Positions 10,943 through 20,534 of a stretch of 41,780 nt of DNA are shown here, one piece after another. Under the pieces are notes generated by a model that worked only from the letters and a program-made list of their open reading frames with translations, did no database searches and was not told the DNA's origin. Where the stretch lies: contig JAJRWL010000181.1 of assembly GCA_024276875.1 (NCBI GenBank), forward strand, positions 1-41,780, in the 5' to 3' direction. Numbering within the stretch: the first letter of the stretch is position 1; each line of letters starts with the position of its first letter. The position numbers and the translations under genes are program-made. This stretch comes from Gammaproteobacteria bacterium. GTDB lineage: Bacteria > Pseudomonadota > Gammaproteobacteria > Chromatiales > Chromatiaceae.

Positions 10943-10979
10943 CTCAATCTGCCTCACCCAGAATTAATAGAGGTGATCT
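10943..10979 (-). repeat. 37 nt relic copy of the uvrB 3' end (partner at 28232..28268)
   Basis: An exact 20-mer gcctcacccagaattaatag occurs at 10951..10970 and at 28240..28259. The extended alignment is 32/37 identical. On the minus strand it reads ..ITSINSG-stop, versus uvrB ..DIAINSG-stop. Confidence 0.6.
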
Positions 10980-11010
10980 AAAATATAAAAAAGCAGCTAA
11001 TCTGCGCACA

Positions 11011-11060
11011 GGCGTAGAGCGTGTGGAAGATATGATCTCTATGTGCTCTGCGTCTTTTTA
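11011..11060 (+). terminator. Rho-independent terminator closing the isc operon
   Basis: A 16 bp stem (ggcgtagagcgtgtgg / ctatgtgctctgcgtc), a 12 nt loop, then TTTTT. Six of the pairs are G-U wobbles, which become C-A mismatches on the other strand. The fold is therefore plus-strand specific. Confidence 0.6.
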
Positions 11061-11104
11061 GGTTTTACCGCTAATTAATCGGCTGCTGGGAGAAATTGCC
11101 AACT

Positions 11105-11608
11105 ATGGGTCGTTACCGTCTTCCTCAACCACCTGCATCGCTATATATTACAGCGGAAGGCTATGACTCTCTTCGTGTTGAGTTAAAAGCACTTTGGGTG
11201 CGGCGTGCTGAAGTCACTAAAGCGTTGGCAGCGGCTGCAGCAGAAGGTGATCGCTCAGAAAATGCGGAGTATATCTACCGCAAGAAGGAGTTGGGTGGGA
11301 TCGACCGGCGCATTCGGTATCTACAAAAAAGGCTGCCTAATTTAAAGGTGGTGATAGAGCCACCGAGCGACCCTGCCCGTATTTTTTTTGGTGCCTGGGT
11401 ACGTTTGGAGGATGAGGCGGGCGAAGAGGTGATTTATCGCATTGTGGGTCCTGATGAATTTGATACAGAAAAAGTCTTTATCAGCATGGATTCCCCCATG
11501 GCAAAAGCACTGATAAAGAAAGGTATTGACGATGAGGTAGAAGTGTCAATACCCGCAGGAAAGGCTATTTATTATGTGCTGGATGTCAGTTATCAACCGC
11601 TCCTTTGA
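11105..11608 (+). CDS. greB: Transcription elongation factor GreB
   Basis: Coiled-coil plus FKBP-like domains. GDRSENAEY, IDRRIRYL, FFGAWV and DSPMAKAL match GreB. ATG at 11105 is preferred over the TTG at 11096 in the ORF track. Confidence 0.88.
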   Translation: MGRYRLPQPPASLYITAEGYDSLRVELKALWVRRAEVTKALAAAAAEGDRSENAEYIYRKKELGGIDRRIRYLQKRLPNLKVVIEPPSDPARIFFGAWVRLEDEAGEEVIYRIVGPDEFDTEKVFISMDSPMAKALIKKGIDDEVEVSIPAGKAIYYVLDVSYQPLL

Positions 11609-11681
11609 TGAGATTTGCACCCCTGCCAATGCTTTGAAACAATGCGCCCACTTTAAATTTTGTAAAACATGAGAAACCACT

Positions 11682-12920
11682 ATGTCCCTGATTAAACCCT
11701 TTGCCGGCTTGCGTCCAGTCCGTGAACGCGCTGAAGATGTAATGGCTCCCCCCTATGATGTCCTGAGTAGGGAAGAGGCAAAACAGAAGGTTATTGGACA
11801 TCCCTGGAGTTTTTTGCATATTTCTCGCCCCGAGATTGGTTTGCCCGATGAGGTTGATCAATATGCCCCACAGGTCTATGCCAAAGCGGCGGAGATGCTG
11901 GTGTCTTTACAAAGTGATGGCACCCTATCTACAGATCCACAGTCCTGCTATTACGCTTATCGTATCTGGGTGGACACACATGTTCAGACTGGCCTGGTCG
12001 CCGTTGCTTCAGTTGATGCATATGATGCGGGGCGCATTAAACAGCATGAACTCACTCGTCCAGAAAAAGAGGATGACCGCGTGCGTCAGATGGATGCGGT
12101 CAATGCCCAAACTAGCCCTGTACTGATGACCTACAAAGCAAATGAGACGCTGGATACCATTTTGGCCAGAGCAGCAGAATCTCCGCCTGATGTTAATGCG
12201 ATTGCTGAAGGCAATGTCATGCATCAGCTCTGGTTGATTACCGACCAGGTAACCTGTGACACCATTACTCGCACAGTGGAGGCAATGCCGTCACTCTATG
12301 TGGCAGATGGTCATCACCGTGCTGCCGCTGCCTCAAGAGTCGCTGCCAAACATAAAGCGGCTAACCCTCATCACACGGGAGAAGAGCCCTATAACTATTT
12401 TCTGAGTGTGATGTTTGCCCATTGTGATATGCATATCTTTGAATACAATCGAGTGGTGCGAGATCTCAATGGCCTGACTCAGCAGGCATTTCTCGACAAG
12501 CTTGAAGAGGTTTTTCAAGTAACACCTAGCCCCCATCCCTACCGCCCGACCTGCAACGGTGAGTTTGGCATGTACCTAAAAGGGCACTGGTATCGCTTGG
12601 CACTTCACTCCCGTCATACTTCCACAGATCTCGTTGCAAAATTGGACGTTAGTCTGCTCACTGAGCATCTGCTCAATCCCATATTAGGTATTAAAGAGCT
12701 GCGATGTGATGACCGTATTGGTTTTGTGGGTGGGATTCGGGGCCGAGCTGGCTTGGAAAACCCCGTGGATAGCGGTGAAATGGCCGTCGCTTTTTCGTTA
12801 TTTCCCATCACAATGGATGAACTGATGGCCGTTGCCGATGCTCATGAGATTATGCCGCCTAAATCCACCTGGTTTGAACCCAAATTGGCTGATGGGCTGG
12901 TGAGCCATTTGCTAGACTGA
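11682..12920 (+). CDS. DUF1015 family protein
   Basis: 412 aa. The N-terminus IKPFAGLRP...V.APPYDV and an internal ADGHHR motif are characteristic of DUF1015 as I remember it. Confidence 0.8.
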   Translation: MSLIKPFAGLRPVRERAEDVMAPPYDVLSREEAKQKVIGHPWSFLHISRPEIGLPDEVDQYAPQVYAKAAEMLVSLQSDGTLSTDPQSCYYAYRIWVDTHVQTGLVAVASVDAYDAGRIKQHELTRPEKEDDRVRQMDAVNAQTSPVLMTYKANETLDTILARAAESPPDVNAIAEGNVMHQLWLITDQVTCDTITRTVEAMPSLYVADGHHRAAAASRVAAKHKAANPHHTGEEPYNYFLSVMFAHCDMHIFEYNRVVRDLNGLTQQAFLDKLEEVFQVTPSPHPYRPTCNGEFGMYLKGHWYRLALHSRHTSTDLVAKLDVSLLTEHLLNPILGIKELRCDDRIGFVGGIRGRAGLENPVDSGEMAVAFSLFPITMDELMAVADAHEIMPPKSTWFEPKLADGLVSHLLD

Positions 12921-12956
12921 ATCATCACGCGTTATATGAGCTAAAGCAAAACAGCT

Positions 12957-15158
12957 ATGGTTAGTGTCACATCCAATCTTCCAACAGATGAGCAGTTAGA
13001 TGAGCGTGCGATAGATGCCTGGGTGCACTCTATTAGTCAGCGTTTTAATCAACAGCAGCGTGATCTACTGCGGGATGCCTGTGAGCTGACATTTCGAATC
13101 CATCAGGGAGAAGTGCAGGAGTCGGGTGAGTGCACCGTGCGTCATCTGCTCTCTGTGGCCGATATCCTGGCGGGACTGGGGATGGATCATGAAACGCTGG
13201 CGGCTGCCCTATTGCATGATTCACTTGAATCTAAAGTGATTGATGTCGAGCTGCTGCGTGAACGTTTTAGCAAAGGCGTGGCTGGAATGGTCGAAGATAT
13301 GGCGCGCATGGGATTGATAGCCGGCATTCAAAAGAATGTAACCCAAGGGGCAGATAGCCAGCATGCAGAAAACCTGCGGCGCATGCTATTAAGTATTGCA
13401 GATGATGTACGAGTGGTGTTGATTGTCTTGGCAGAGTGTCTGCATGGGCTGCGTACAGTAAAGACGTTCCCTGATGATGTGCGGCGGCGAGTGGCGCTTG
13501 AGGCGCGGGAGATCTATGCGCCACTGGCTAATCGACTGGGTGTTTGGCAAGTCAAATGGGAATTAGAAGATCTTGCGCTACGTTATCTGGAGCCAGATGC
13601 CTACCAAGAGGTGGCAAGCAAACTGGATGGGCGACGGGATGAGCGGGAGCGCTTTATCGCTGATGTCATCAAGATGCTGGAAGCGAAGTTTCGCGAAGAT
13701 GGAATCAAGGCTGAAATCAGTGGGCGACCCAAACACATCAACAGCATTTGGCGAAAAATGCAGCGTAAAGCCGTAGATTTTGACCAGATATTTGATCTTC
13801 GTGCTGTGCGAGTTTTAGTCGATACGGTAGCTGATTGTTATGCGGTGTTGGGCATTGTGCATGGGTTTTGGCGGCATATTCCTGGTGAGTTTGATGATTA
13901 CATTGCGACCCCTAAAGCCAACATGTATCAATCACTGCATACCGCCGTAATGGGGCCGGGTGGAAAAACCATGGAGGTGCAGATTCGCACGCATGCCATG
14001 CACCAGCATTCAGAGCTGGGCGTAGCGGCGCATTGGGCCTACAAAGAGGGTAAAACACAGGACAGTGAGTTTGAACGACGCATCATTATGATGCGCAACT
14101 GGCTTGAATTAAAAGAGGAAGAGAGTGGAGCCGAGGACTTTTTTGACCGCTTTAAATCAGAATTTGAACCGCTACAAGCTTACGTGTTGACCCCTCAAGG
14201 CAAGGTCATTGAGCTACCTAAGGGTGCGACTCCTGTTGATTTTGCTTATGCCATTCATTCAGATGTGGGGCATCGATGTCGTGGCGCTAAAGTGGATGGG
14301 TCTATTGTACCGCTGACCTCCCAATTAGAGAGTGGCCATACGGTCGAGATCATCACGGCTCGTGAGGGTGGTCCCAGCCGAGACTGGCTCAGCCCTCATC
14401 ATGGCTATATTAAAACAGCCCGCGCCCGTAACCGGGTGAGGCAGTGGTTTCGACATCAGGATTTTGAACAGCATGTGCAGATGGGGCGCTCCAGTTTAGA
14501 TCGTGAGCTCAACCGGCTGGGTGTGGAAAAGCCTAATCTTGATAAGCTTGCAGCCGTGTTTAACTTGCAAAAGGGTGAGGATTTGATCGCCGCAGTAGGC
14601 CGAGGTGACATCTCTCCCATTCAGGTTGCAGGTGCAACGGGTGAGCGCAAACATGCCACACCCAGTAAAAGAAAACCCTCAAGCAGCAAGCACAAAGATA
14701 ACGCAAGAGGCGAGATCGTTGTTGATGGTGTGGATGATTTGATGACTAATATTGCACGTTGCTGCAAGCCTGTACCTTATGATTCAATCGTCGGTTATAT
14801 TACCCAGGGAAGAGGGGTGACCGTGCACCGAAAAGATTGTGCCATGGTTAATCGGCTGGACATGCCGAAGCAGGAACGTTTGATTGACGTGGCCTGGAGT
14901 GATCAGGAAATCAGCTCAACCTACCCAGTGGATGTGCAAGTTAACGCACAGGATCGCAAGGGGTTGCTGGGAGAGATCTCATCTATTTTCACCAATGAAA
15001 AGCTTGATATTGTTGGCGTTGTCTGCCGATCTAATCGTAAAACCGATACAGCCAGCATGCAGTTTACCGTCGAGATATTAGATATTTCCCAGCTTAGCCG
15101 AGTCTTAAACCAAATTGCCCAAATGCCAGCGGTGTATGAAGTACATCGTAAGGTGTAG
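12957..15158 (+). CDS. relA: GTP pyrophosphokinase RelA ((p)ppGpp synthetase I)
   Basis: 733 aa. The synthetase region is RelA-type (GRPKHINSIWRKMQRK, EFDDYIATPKANMYQSLH). The hydrolase motifs are degenerate (HDSLES instead of HD..ED, LHGLR instead of HNMR). TGS and ACT regions are present. Confidence 0.88.
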   Translation: MVSVTSNLPTDEQLDERAIDAWVHSISQRFNQQQRDLLRDACELTFRIHQGEVQESGECTVRHLLSVADILAGLGMDHETLAAALLHDSLESKVIDVELLRERFSKGVAGMVEDMARMGLIAGIQKNVTQGADSQHAENLRRMLLSIADDVRVVLIVLAECLHGLRTVKTFPDDVRRRVALEAREIYAPLANRLGVWQVKWELEDLALRYLEPDAYQEVASKLDGRRDERERFIADVIKMLEAKFREDGIKAEISGRPKHINSIWRKMQRKAVDFDQIFDLRAVRVLVDTVADCYAVLGIVHGFWRHIPGEFDDYIATPKANMYQSLHTAVMGPGGKTMEVQIRTHAMHQHSELGVAAHWAYKEGKTQDSEFERRIIMMRNWLELKEEESGAEDFFDRFKSEFEPLQAYVLTPQGKVIELPKGATPVDFAYAIHSDVGHRCRGAKVDGSIVPLTSQLESGHTVEIITAREGGPSRDWLSPHHGYIKTARARNRVRQWFRHQDFEQHVQMGRSSLDRELNRLGVEKPNLDKLAAVFNLQKGEDLIAAVGRGDISPIQVAGATGERKHATPSKRKPSSSKHKDNARGEIVVDGVDDLMTNIARCCKPVPYDSIVGYITQGRGVTVHRKDCAMVNRLDMPKQERLIDVAWSDQEISSTYPVDVQVNAQDRKGLLGEISSIFTNEKLDIVGVVCRSNRKTDTASMQFTVEILDISQLSRVLNQIAQMPAVYEVHRKV

Positions 15159-15279
15159 TTTAAACAAATGAAATGCATCAACCGTTGGATTTTGTTATTC
15201 TCATCCGTGAATACGCTCGATTCGCAATGCGTGAGCTTGCGGTTTAAATCTGCACATTGATCTCAAGTAACTCCCTAGT

Positions 15280-16131
15280 ATGACAACACTTTTTGTAGAC
15301 AGCCTGACTGTTATCGATTTCTCCTACCTGCATTCAAAACGAGGTTTGCTGGGCGAAAGCTGGCTGTTGGATATTGAACTGGATGGCTCACTTGATGCCC
15401 AAGGCATGGTGCTTGATTTTGGTGAAGTGAAGCAGCAGGTTAAGCAGATGGTTGATGATGAATTTGACCACAAGTTGCTGATTCCATGTGGCTACCCTGG
15501 AACAGAATTGCAGAAAAATGGATCATGCCAGGATGTTCTTTACCGTTATCAAACGGATTACACAATTCGTCATAGTGCCCCAAATAGTGCCTCTTGCCTG
15601 CTTAAGACCGATGAAATCACATGTGAGTCTGTCGCTACCGCTATTGAGCAGCGGCTGCAACCACGGTTACCTAAAAATGTGGTGCAGATAAAAATCAGAC
15701 TGCGGGCAGAGCAGCGAGAGGGTTATTTTTACCATGTCAGTCATGGATTAAAACACCATGTGGGCAATTGTCAGCGCATTGCTCACGGTCATCGCTCCTA
15801 TATTGAGATTTTTGAGAATGGGAACAGGTCAGCTGCATTAGAGGCAGAGTGGGCGGCTCGTTGGCGTGATATTTATATTGGCACACAGGCTGATCTATTA
15901 GAGGAGAGCGAGCTAAATAAGGTTGCTTATTATCGGTTTAGTTATCGCTCAGGTCAGGGGGTGTTTGAGCTTGAGCTACCGAAAGCCTGTTGCTACCTCA
16001 TTCGCTGTGATTCTACGGTGGAGAACCTGGCGCAGCATGTGGCGGATCTATTAAAGAGTGAAAATCCATCATCTCATTATAGGGTGCGAGCCTTTGAAGG
16101 CATTGAAAAAGGGGCTGAGGCTACAGCATGA
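15280..16131 (+). CDS. PTPS/QueD-superfamily (T-fold) protein, long two-part form
   Basis: 283 aa. The N-terminal half has the GMVLDFGEVK....DHKLL signature of 6-pyruvoyl-tetrahydropterin/6-carboxytetrahydropterin synthases but no HGH. The C-terminal half has C-x4-HGH (CQRIAHGH). Confidence 0.65.
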   Translation: MTTLFVDSLTVIDFSYLHSKRGLLGESWLLDIELDGSLDAQGMVLDFGEVKQQVKQMVDDEFDHKLLIPCGYPGTELQKNGSCQDVLYRYQTDYTIRHSAPNSASCLLKTDEITCESVATAIEQRLQPRLPKNVVQIKIRLRAEQREGYFYHVSHGLKHHVGNCQRIAHGHRSYIEIFENGNRSAALEAEWAARWRDIYIGTQADLLEESELNKVAYYRFSYRSGQGVFELELPKACCYLIRCDSTVENLAQHVADLLKSENPSSHYRVRAFEGIEKGAEATA

Positions 16132-16196
16132 GTACCGTTGGTTTAGAGGATGGACGCTTTGTGAACACTGTCAGCAATGCAATATTGCAAGAAAGA

Positions 16197-16271
16197 TGGT
16201 ACTCCCTAGGGGAATCGAACCCCTGTTACCGGCGTGAGAGGCCAGCGTCCTAACCGCTAGACGAAGGGAGC
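16197..16271 (-). tRNA. tRNA-Glu (anticodon CUC)
   Basis: The minus strand reads GCTCCCTTCGTCTAGCGGTTAGGACGCTGGCCTCTCACGCCGGTAACAGGGGTTCGATTCCCCTAGGGAGTACCA and folds into a 75 nt cloverleaf. The 7 bp acceptor stem has G1-U72. The D stem GTCT/GGAC has U11-A24 and U13-G22. The anticodon loop is CT-CTC-AC and the variable loop is 4 nt. The T arm is AGGGG-TTCGATT-CCCCT, the discriminator is A, and CCA is encoded. Confidence 0.9.
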
Positions 16272-16314
16272 AGCAGAGAACCTTAAAGAGGTGCTATTAT
16301 ACTCAGCTTAACTC

Positions 16315-17637
16315 ATGCTACAAGTCAGCAATGACAGGAAAATAAAAATAGTTACTCCAACCATTATTCCGCGTGCGGAACATATTATTTCACGCGCTAA
16401 TATCAGTGAGAATGCTGTTAAAGTTCTCTATCGTCTAAAAAAAGCAGGTTATCAAGCTTATTTGGTTGGCGGTGGTGTGCGCGATCTACTACTGGGGCGA
16501 GAGCCTAAAGATTTTGATGTCGCTACTGATGCCACGCCTGAGGATGTTAAGCATGTATTTCGTAATTGTCGCCTCATTGGTCGTCGCTTTCGTTTGGCTC
16601 ATGTTCACTTTGGGCGTGAGATTATTGAAGTGGCAACCTTTCGGGCAGGGCATGAGGTCGCTTCAGATCAGGCGAAATTGGATGATAAAAGTGGCATGCT
16701 GCTGAGAGATAACGTGTATGGCACGATTGAAGAAGATGCCATGCGGCGTGACTTTACCGTCAATGCCCTCTATTACAATATTGAAGACTTCTCTGTTGTT
16801 GATTTTGCCGATGGCCTAAAGGATTTGCAGGCGGGCGTGCTTCGCTTGCTGGGTGATCCCGAGCAACGCTATCGTGAAGATCCCGTAAGAATGCTACGAG
16901 CAGCGCGGTTTGCTGCTAAGCTGGGATTTACTATTAATCCTGCATGTGAAAAACCCTTGCTGGAAAATGGGAATCTGTTGGATGGTGTCCCTGCGGCACG
17001 TCTGTTTGATGAGCTATTGAAGCTATTTTTGGGCGGATCAGCACTCTACTCCTTTGAGAAGCTGCGTCACTTTGATCTGTTCAGGCACCTGTTTCCTGAG
17101 ACTGATGAGTGCCTGGCTCATGAAGAGCAGGGTTTCCCCATCACCTTCGTTACTCGGGGTTTGGAAAATACCGATACCCGCATTCGTGAAGAAAAACCCG
17201 TCACGCCCGCTTTTCTATTTGCAGTTTTACTCTGGGAGCCGGTGCGATTACGTGCGCAAAAACTAGAAGCGAAAGGTGAATCCAAACATGATGCCATGCT
17301 CGAAGCTGGGTCAGCGGCCATCAGTCAGCAGGTCAGGCGAGTCTCTATTCCCAAGCGTTTTTCACTACAGATGCGTGAGATCTGGAATATGCAGCATCGA
17401 CTGGAGCAACGCGGCAAGCGGGCATTGCGTCTGTTGGCGTATCCACGTTTTCGAGCAGCCTACGATTTCCTGCTACTGAGGGCAGAGTCTGGAGAGATAG
17501 ATACGGCATTGGCAGCGTGGTGGACGCTGATACAGGAAGTCAGTGAAGATGAACGCATTAAAATGGCTACTGCAACGGGCGGTGGAGGTAAAACACGCCG
17601 CCGCCGAAAACCCCGTAAGCGTCCTGCCGCAGAATAA
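16315..17637 (+). CDS. pcnB: Poly(A) polymerase I
   Basis: 440 aa. ISENAVKVLYRLKKAGYQAYLVGGGVRDLLLGREPKDFDVAT matches PcnB. Basic C-terminal tail. The exact start is uncertain. Confidence 0.9.
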   Translation: MLQVSNDRKIKIVTPTIIPRAEHIISRANISENAVKVLYRLKKAGYQAYLVGGGVRDLLLGREPKDFDVATDATPEDVKHVFRNCRLIGRRFRLAHVHFGREIIEVATFRAGHEVASDQAKLDDKSGMLLRDNVYGTIEEDAMRRDFTVNALYYNIEDFSVVDFADGLKDLQAGVLRLLGDPEQRYREDPVRMLRAARFAAKLGFTINPACEKPLLENGNLLDGVPAARLFDELLKLFLGGSALYSFEKLRHFDLFRHLFPETDECLAHEEQGFPITFVTRGLENTDTRIREEKPVTPAFLFAVLLWEPVRLRAQKLEAKGESKHDAMLEAGSAAISQQVRRVSIPKRFSLQMREIWNMQHRLEQRGKRALRLLAYPRFRAAYDFLLLRAESGEIDTALAAWWTLIQEVSEDERIKMATATGGGGKTRRRRKPRKRPAAE

Positions 17638-17639
17638 AA

Positions 17640-18137
17640 ATGGCTGTCATTGTCTATATTGCCCTGGGCAGTAATCTTGATGATCCGGCAAGCCATGTTC
17701 GGCGTGCTTGCCAGGAGCTGAGTGCGTTGCCGCAAACGTGCTGTTTACAATACTCATGCCTCTATCAGAGTGCCCCTCATGGCTCCTCGAATCAGCCCGA
17801 CTATATCAATGCCGTTGTGGAGCTTGAGACAGCACTGCCCCCTAATGAACTGCTGTCAATACTCCAGGCATTAGAGCAGTCACATGGCCGTGTTCGCACC
17901 GGAGAGCACTGGGGGCCGCGCCCCCTGGATTTGGATATCTTGCTGTACGGTGATCAGCAGATTGATGGTCCTGAATTGCAAATTCCTCACCCCTACATGG
18001 CTGAGCGAGCCTTCGTACTTTACCCACTTGCAGAGCTGGTTTCTGACTTAAACATTCCTGGCTTTGGCTTATTGAGTGAACTGTTGCAATCCTGCTCAGC
18101 AGAAGGGCTGGAGCCTCTGAATGACCTGCATAACTGA
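17640..18137 (+). CDS. folK: 2-amino-4-hydroxy-6-hydroxymethyldihydropteridine pyrophosphokinase
   Basis: 165 aa. YIALGSNL N-terminus, RPLDLDILLYG, IPHPYMAERAFVL. Begins 2 nt after pcnB, the conserved pcnB-folK pair. Confidence 0.9.
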   Translation: MAVIVYIALGSNLDDPASHVRRACQELSALPQTCCLQYSCLYQSAPHGSSNQPDYINAVVELETALPPNELLSILQALEQSHGRVRTGEHWGPRPLDLDILLYGDQQIDGPELQIPHPYMAERAFVLYPLAELVSDLNIPGFGLLSELLQSCSAEGLEPLNDLHN

Positions 18138-18783
18138 TCTAAAACCACCCAGTTATGTTGTTGTTGAAGGGCCGATAGGCGTAGGCAAAACCAGTCTGGT
18201 AAAGCGTCTGGCCGAAAGTTTTAATAGTGATACGCTGCTGGAAAATGCAGAAGAGAACCCGTTTTTAGAACGCTTTTACCAGGATGGTCAGCAGGCAGCA
18301 TTGCCAACCCAGCTGTTTTTTCTGTTTCAACGTAGTAAGCAATTGCAGGCATTGCGGCAGAAGGATATGTTTCGTGCCGCATTGGTGGCCGATTTTATGT
18401 TGGAGAAAGATCCGCTATTTGCCCGCTTGAATTTGGATGAGGAGGAGTTAAAACTCTATGAACAGGTTTATGCTCGATTGACCATGGATATTCCTCTTCC
18501 TGATTTGGTGGTCTATCTACAGGCTCCGGTAGAGATATTGCTGCAACGCATTAAAAAACGTAATCGTAAGGTAGAGCGCAGAATAGAGGCGGATTATTTA
18601 CAGCGATTATGCGATGGTTACACTGAGTTTTTCTACCACTACAATAGTTCACCGCTTTTGATTATTAATGCCACAGATATTAATCCTGTAGAGCGAGATG
18701 CAGATTATCAGCTGTTATTAGAGCGCATCTGCGCTACAAATTGTGGTAAACATTATTTTAACCCTGCACCATTGCTGCTGTAG
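18121..18783 (+). CDS. Deoxynucleoside kinase family protein
   Basis: 220 aa. P-loop EGPIGVGKTS and dNK-like layout. Overlaps the folK end by 17 nt. Confidence 0.75.
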   Translation: MTCITDLKPPSYVVVEGPIGVGKTSLVKRLAESFNSDTLLENAEENPFLERFYQDGQQAALPTQLFFLFQRSKQLQALRQKDMFRAALVADFMLEKDPLFARLNLDEEELKLYEQVYARLTMDIPLPDLVVYLQAPVEILLQRIKKRNRKVERRIEADYLQRLCDGYTEFFYHYNSSPLLIINATDINPVERDADYQLLLERICATNCGKHYFNPAPLLL

Positions 18784-18810
18784 GGTTAACTGCTACTGGA
18801 TTGAGTTCCC

Positions 18811-19605
18811 ATGTCAGACATCACCATTACAACACTGCAACAGATGAAAAAGCAGGGCGAGAAGATCGCTGTGCTGACGAGTTACGATGCCAGTTTTACT
18901 CGTCTTATTGAAGAGGCTGGAGTAGACGTATTATTGGTAGGCGATTCGTTAGGCATGGTGATTCAGGGACAAGAGAGCACACTGCCTGTGAAGGTTGATG
19001 ACGTGGTCTATCACACACAAAATGTGGCACGCGCCCGTCGTAAAGCCTTGATTGTGGCCGATATGCCCTTTATGAGCTACAGCTCAGCGACTCAGGCACT
19101 GGATACGGCCGCCCGCCTGATGAAAGAGGGGGGGGCACATATGGTAAAGCTGGAAGGAGGGGCAACACAGCTGGATACCGTGCGTCATTTGGTCGCCCAT
19201 GCTGTGCCTGTCTGTGCTCACCTGGGGTTGTTGCCTCAGTCGGTGCATAAATTAGGTGGCTACCGTGTGCAGGGGCGTGATGAAGAGGCGGCTACTGTTA
19301 TGAAAGAGGATGCTCAAGCACTGCAAGAGGCCGGTGCTCAAATGTTGGTGCTGGAGTGCGTGCCCAGTGCGCTTGCGGATAACATTAGCCAGATGCTAAA
19401 CATCCCTGTGATTGGCATAGGCGCTGGTGCCGCTTGTGATGGTCAAGTGTTGGTTTTGTATGACATGTTGGGTGTGATCTCTGGCTATCTCCCCAGGTTT
19501 GTTAAGAATTTTCTGGCCGAAACAGAGTCGATCCCTGCGGCACTGGCAGCCTATGTACAGGCGGTGAAGGAGGGGCGTTTTCCTGCGGCAGAGCATAGTT
19601 TTTGA
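18811..19605 (+). CDS. panB: 3-methyl-2-oxobutanoate hydroxymethyltransferase
   Basis: 264 aa. [23 protein letters not shown] motifs. Confidence 0.95.
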   Translation: MSDITITTLQQMKKQGEKIAVLTSYDASFTRLIEEAGVDVLLVGDSLGMVIQGQESTLPVKVDDVVYHTQNVARARRKALIVADMPFMSYSSATQALDTAARLMKEGGAHMVKLEGGATQLDTVRHLVAHAVPVCAHLGLLPQSVHKLGGYRVQGRDEEAATVMKEDAQALQEAGAQMLVLECVPSALADNISQMLNIPVIGIGAGAACDGQVLVLYDMLGVISGYLPRFVKNFLAETESIPAALAAYVQAVKEGRFPAAEHSF

Positions 19606-20456
19606 TGGATAGAGTCAACAGCATAAAAGAGCTGCGTCAACAGGTCACTGCTTGGCGCGTAGCGGGTGAACAGATTGCTTTTGTGCCGACGATGGGTAAT
19701 CTGCATGCAGGCCATCTTGTGTTGGTAAAGCAAGCGCAGCAGCGTGCTGATCGGGTGGTTGTCAGTATCTTTGTCAACCCGATGCAATTTGGGGCGGGGG
19801 AGGACTTCGCAAGTTACCCAAGCACGATAGCGCAAGATGTTGCACAGCTGGAGCGGATAAAAACAGATTTATTGTTTACCCCCTCCGTTCAAGAGGTCTA
19901 TCCCCGTGGGCAGAAGGCGCAGACAGTGGTCACCGTGCCAGGTATCTCTGACACCCTCTGCGGGGCATCACGGCCTGGCCACTTTGCCGGGGTGGCTACC
20001 GTTGTTTGTAAACTGCTCAACATGGTGCAACCTGACCTTGCGCTATTTGGCAGCAAGGATTTTCAGCAGTTGTTGGTTATCCGGCAGATGGTGGAGGATC
20101 TATGCATCCCAGTAGAGATTGCTGGTGTACCCACAGTGCGAGATGCAGACGGGTTGGCACGCAGCTCACGCAATGGTTATCTGACGGCTGCTGAGCGAAG
20201 CCTTGCGCCCACTTTATATCGTACGCTGTGTGCAACGTCTGCGGCAATTACTGGGGGTAATAAAGATTACATAGCATTAGAATTAGAGGCGATGCAGACA
20301 TTAGAAGTGGCTGGTTTTAAACCCGATTATTACAGCATTCGAAATGCAGCTGACCTTTTGCAGCCAGATAAAAAAGGTCATCGCTTGGTGATTTTAGCTG
20401 CCGCCTATCTAGGGCGTGCGCGATTAATTGATAATCGGGTTGTTGATAAATGTTGA
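19602..20456 (+). CDS. panC: Pantoate-beta-alanine ligase
   Basis: 284 aa. [12 protein letters not shown] (HIGH-type) and SIFVNPMQF motifs. Overlaps the panB stop by 4 nt. Confidence 0.95.
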   Translation: MMDRVNSIKELRQQVTAWRVAGEQIAFVPTMGNLHAGHLVLVKQAQQRADRVVVSIFVNPMQFGAGEDFASYPSTIAQDVAQLERIKTDLLFTPSVQEVYPRGQKAQTVVTVPGISDTLCGASRPGHFAGVATVVCKLLNMVQPDLALFGSKDFQQLLVIRQMVEDLCIPVEIAGVPTVRDADGLARSSRNGYLTAAERSLAPTLYRTLCATSAAITGGNKDYIALELEAMQTLEVAGFKPDYYSIRNAADLLQPDKKGHRLVILAAAYLGRARLIDNRVVDKC

Positions 20457-20534
20457 TTGTGGGTAGAATTGATTACAATTTGCGAATAAAGCATAATGTG
20501 CCGCCTTTTTTGTAATATGGAGCGTCAAACAAAA

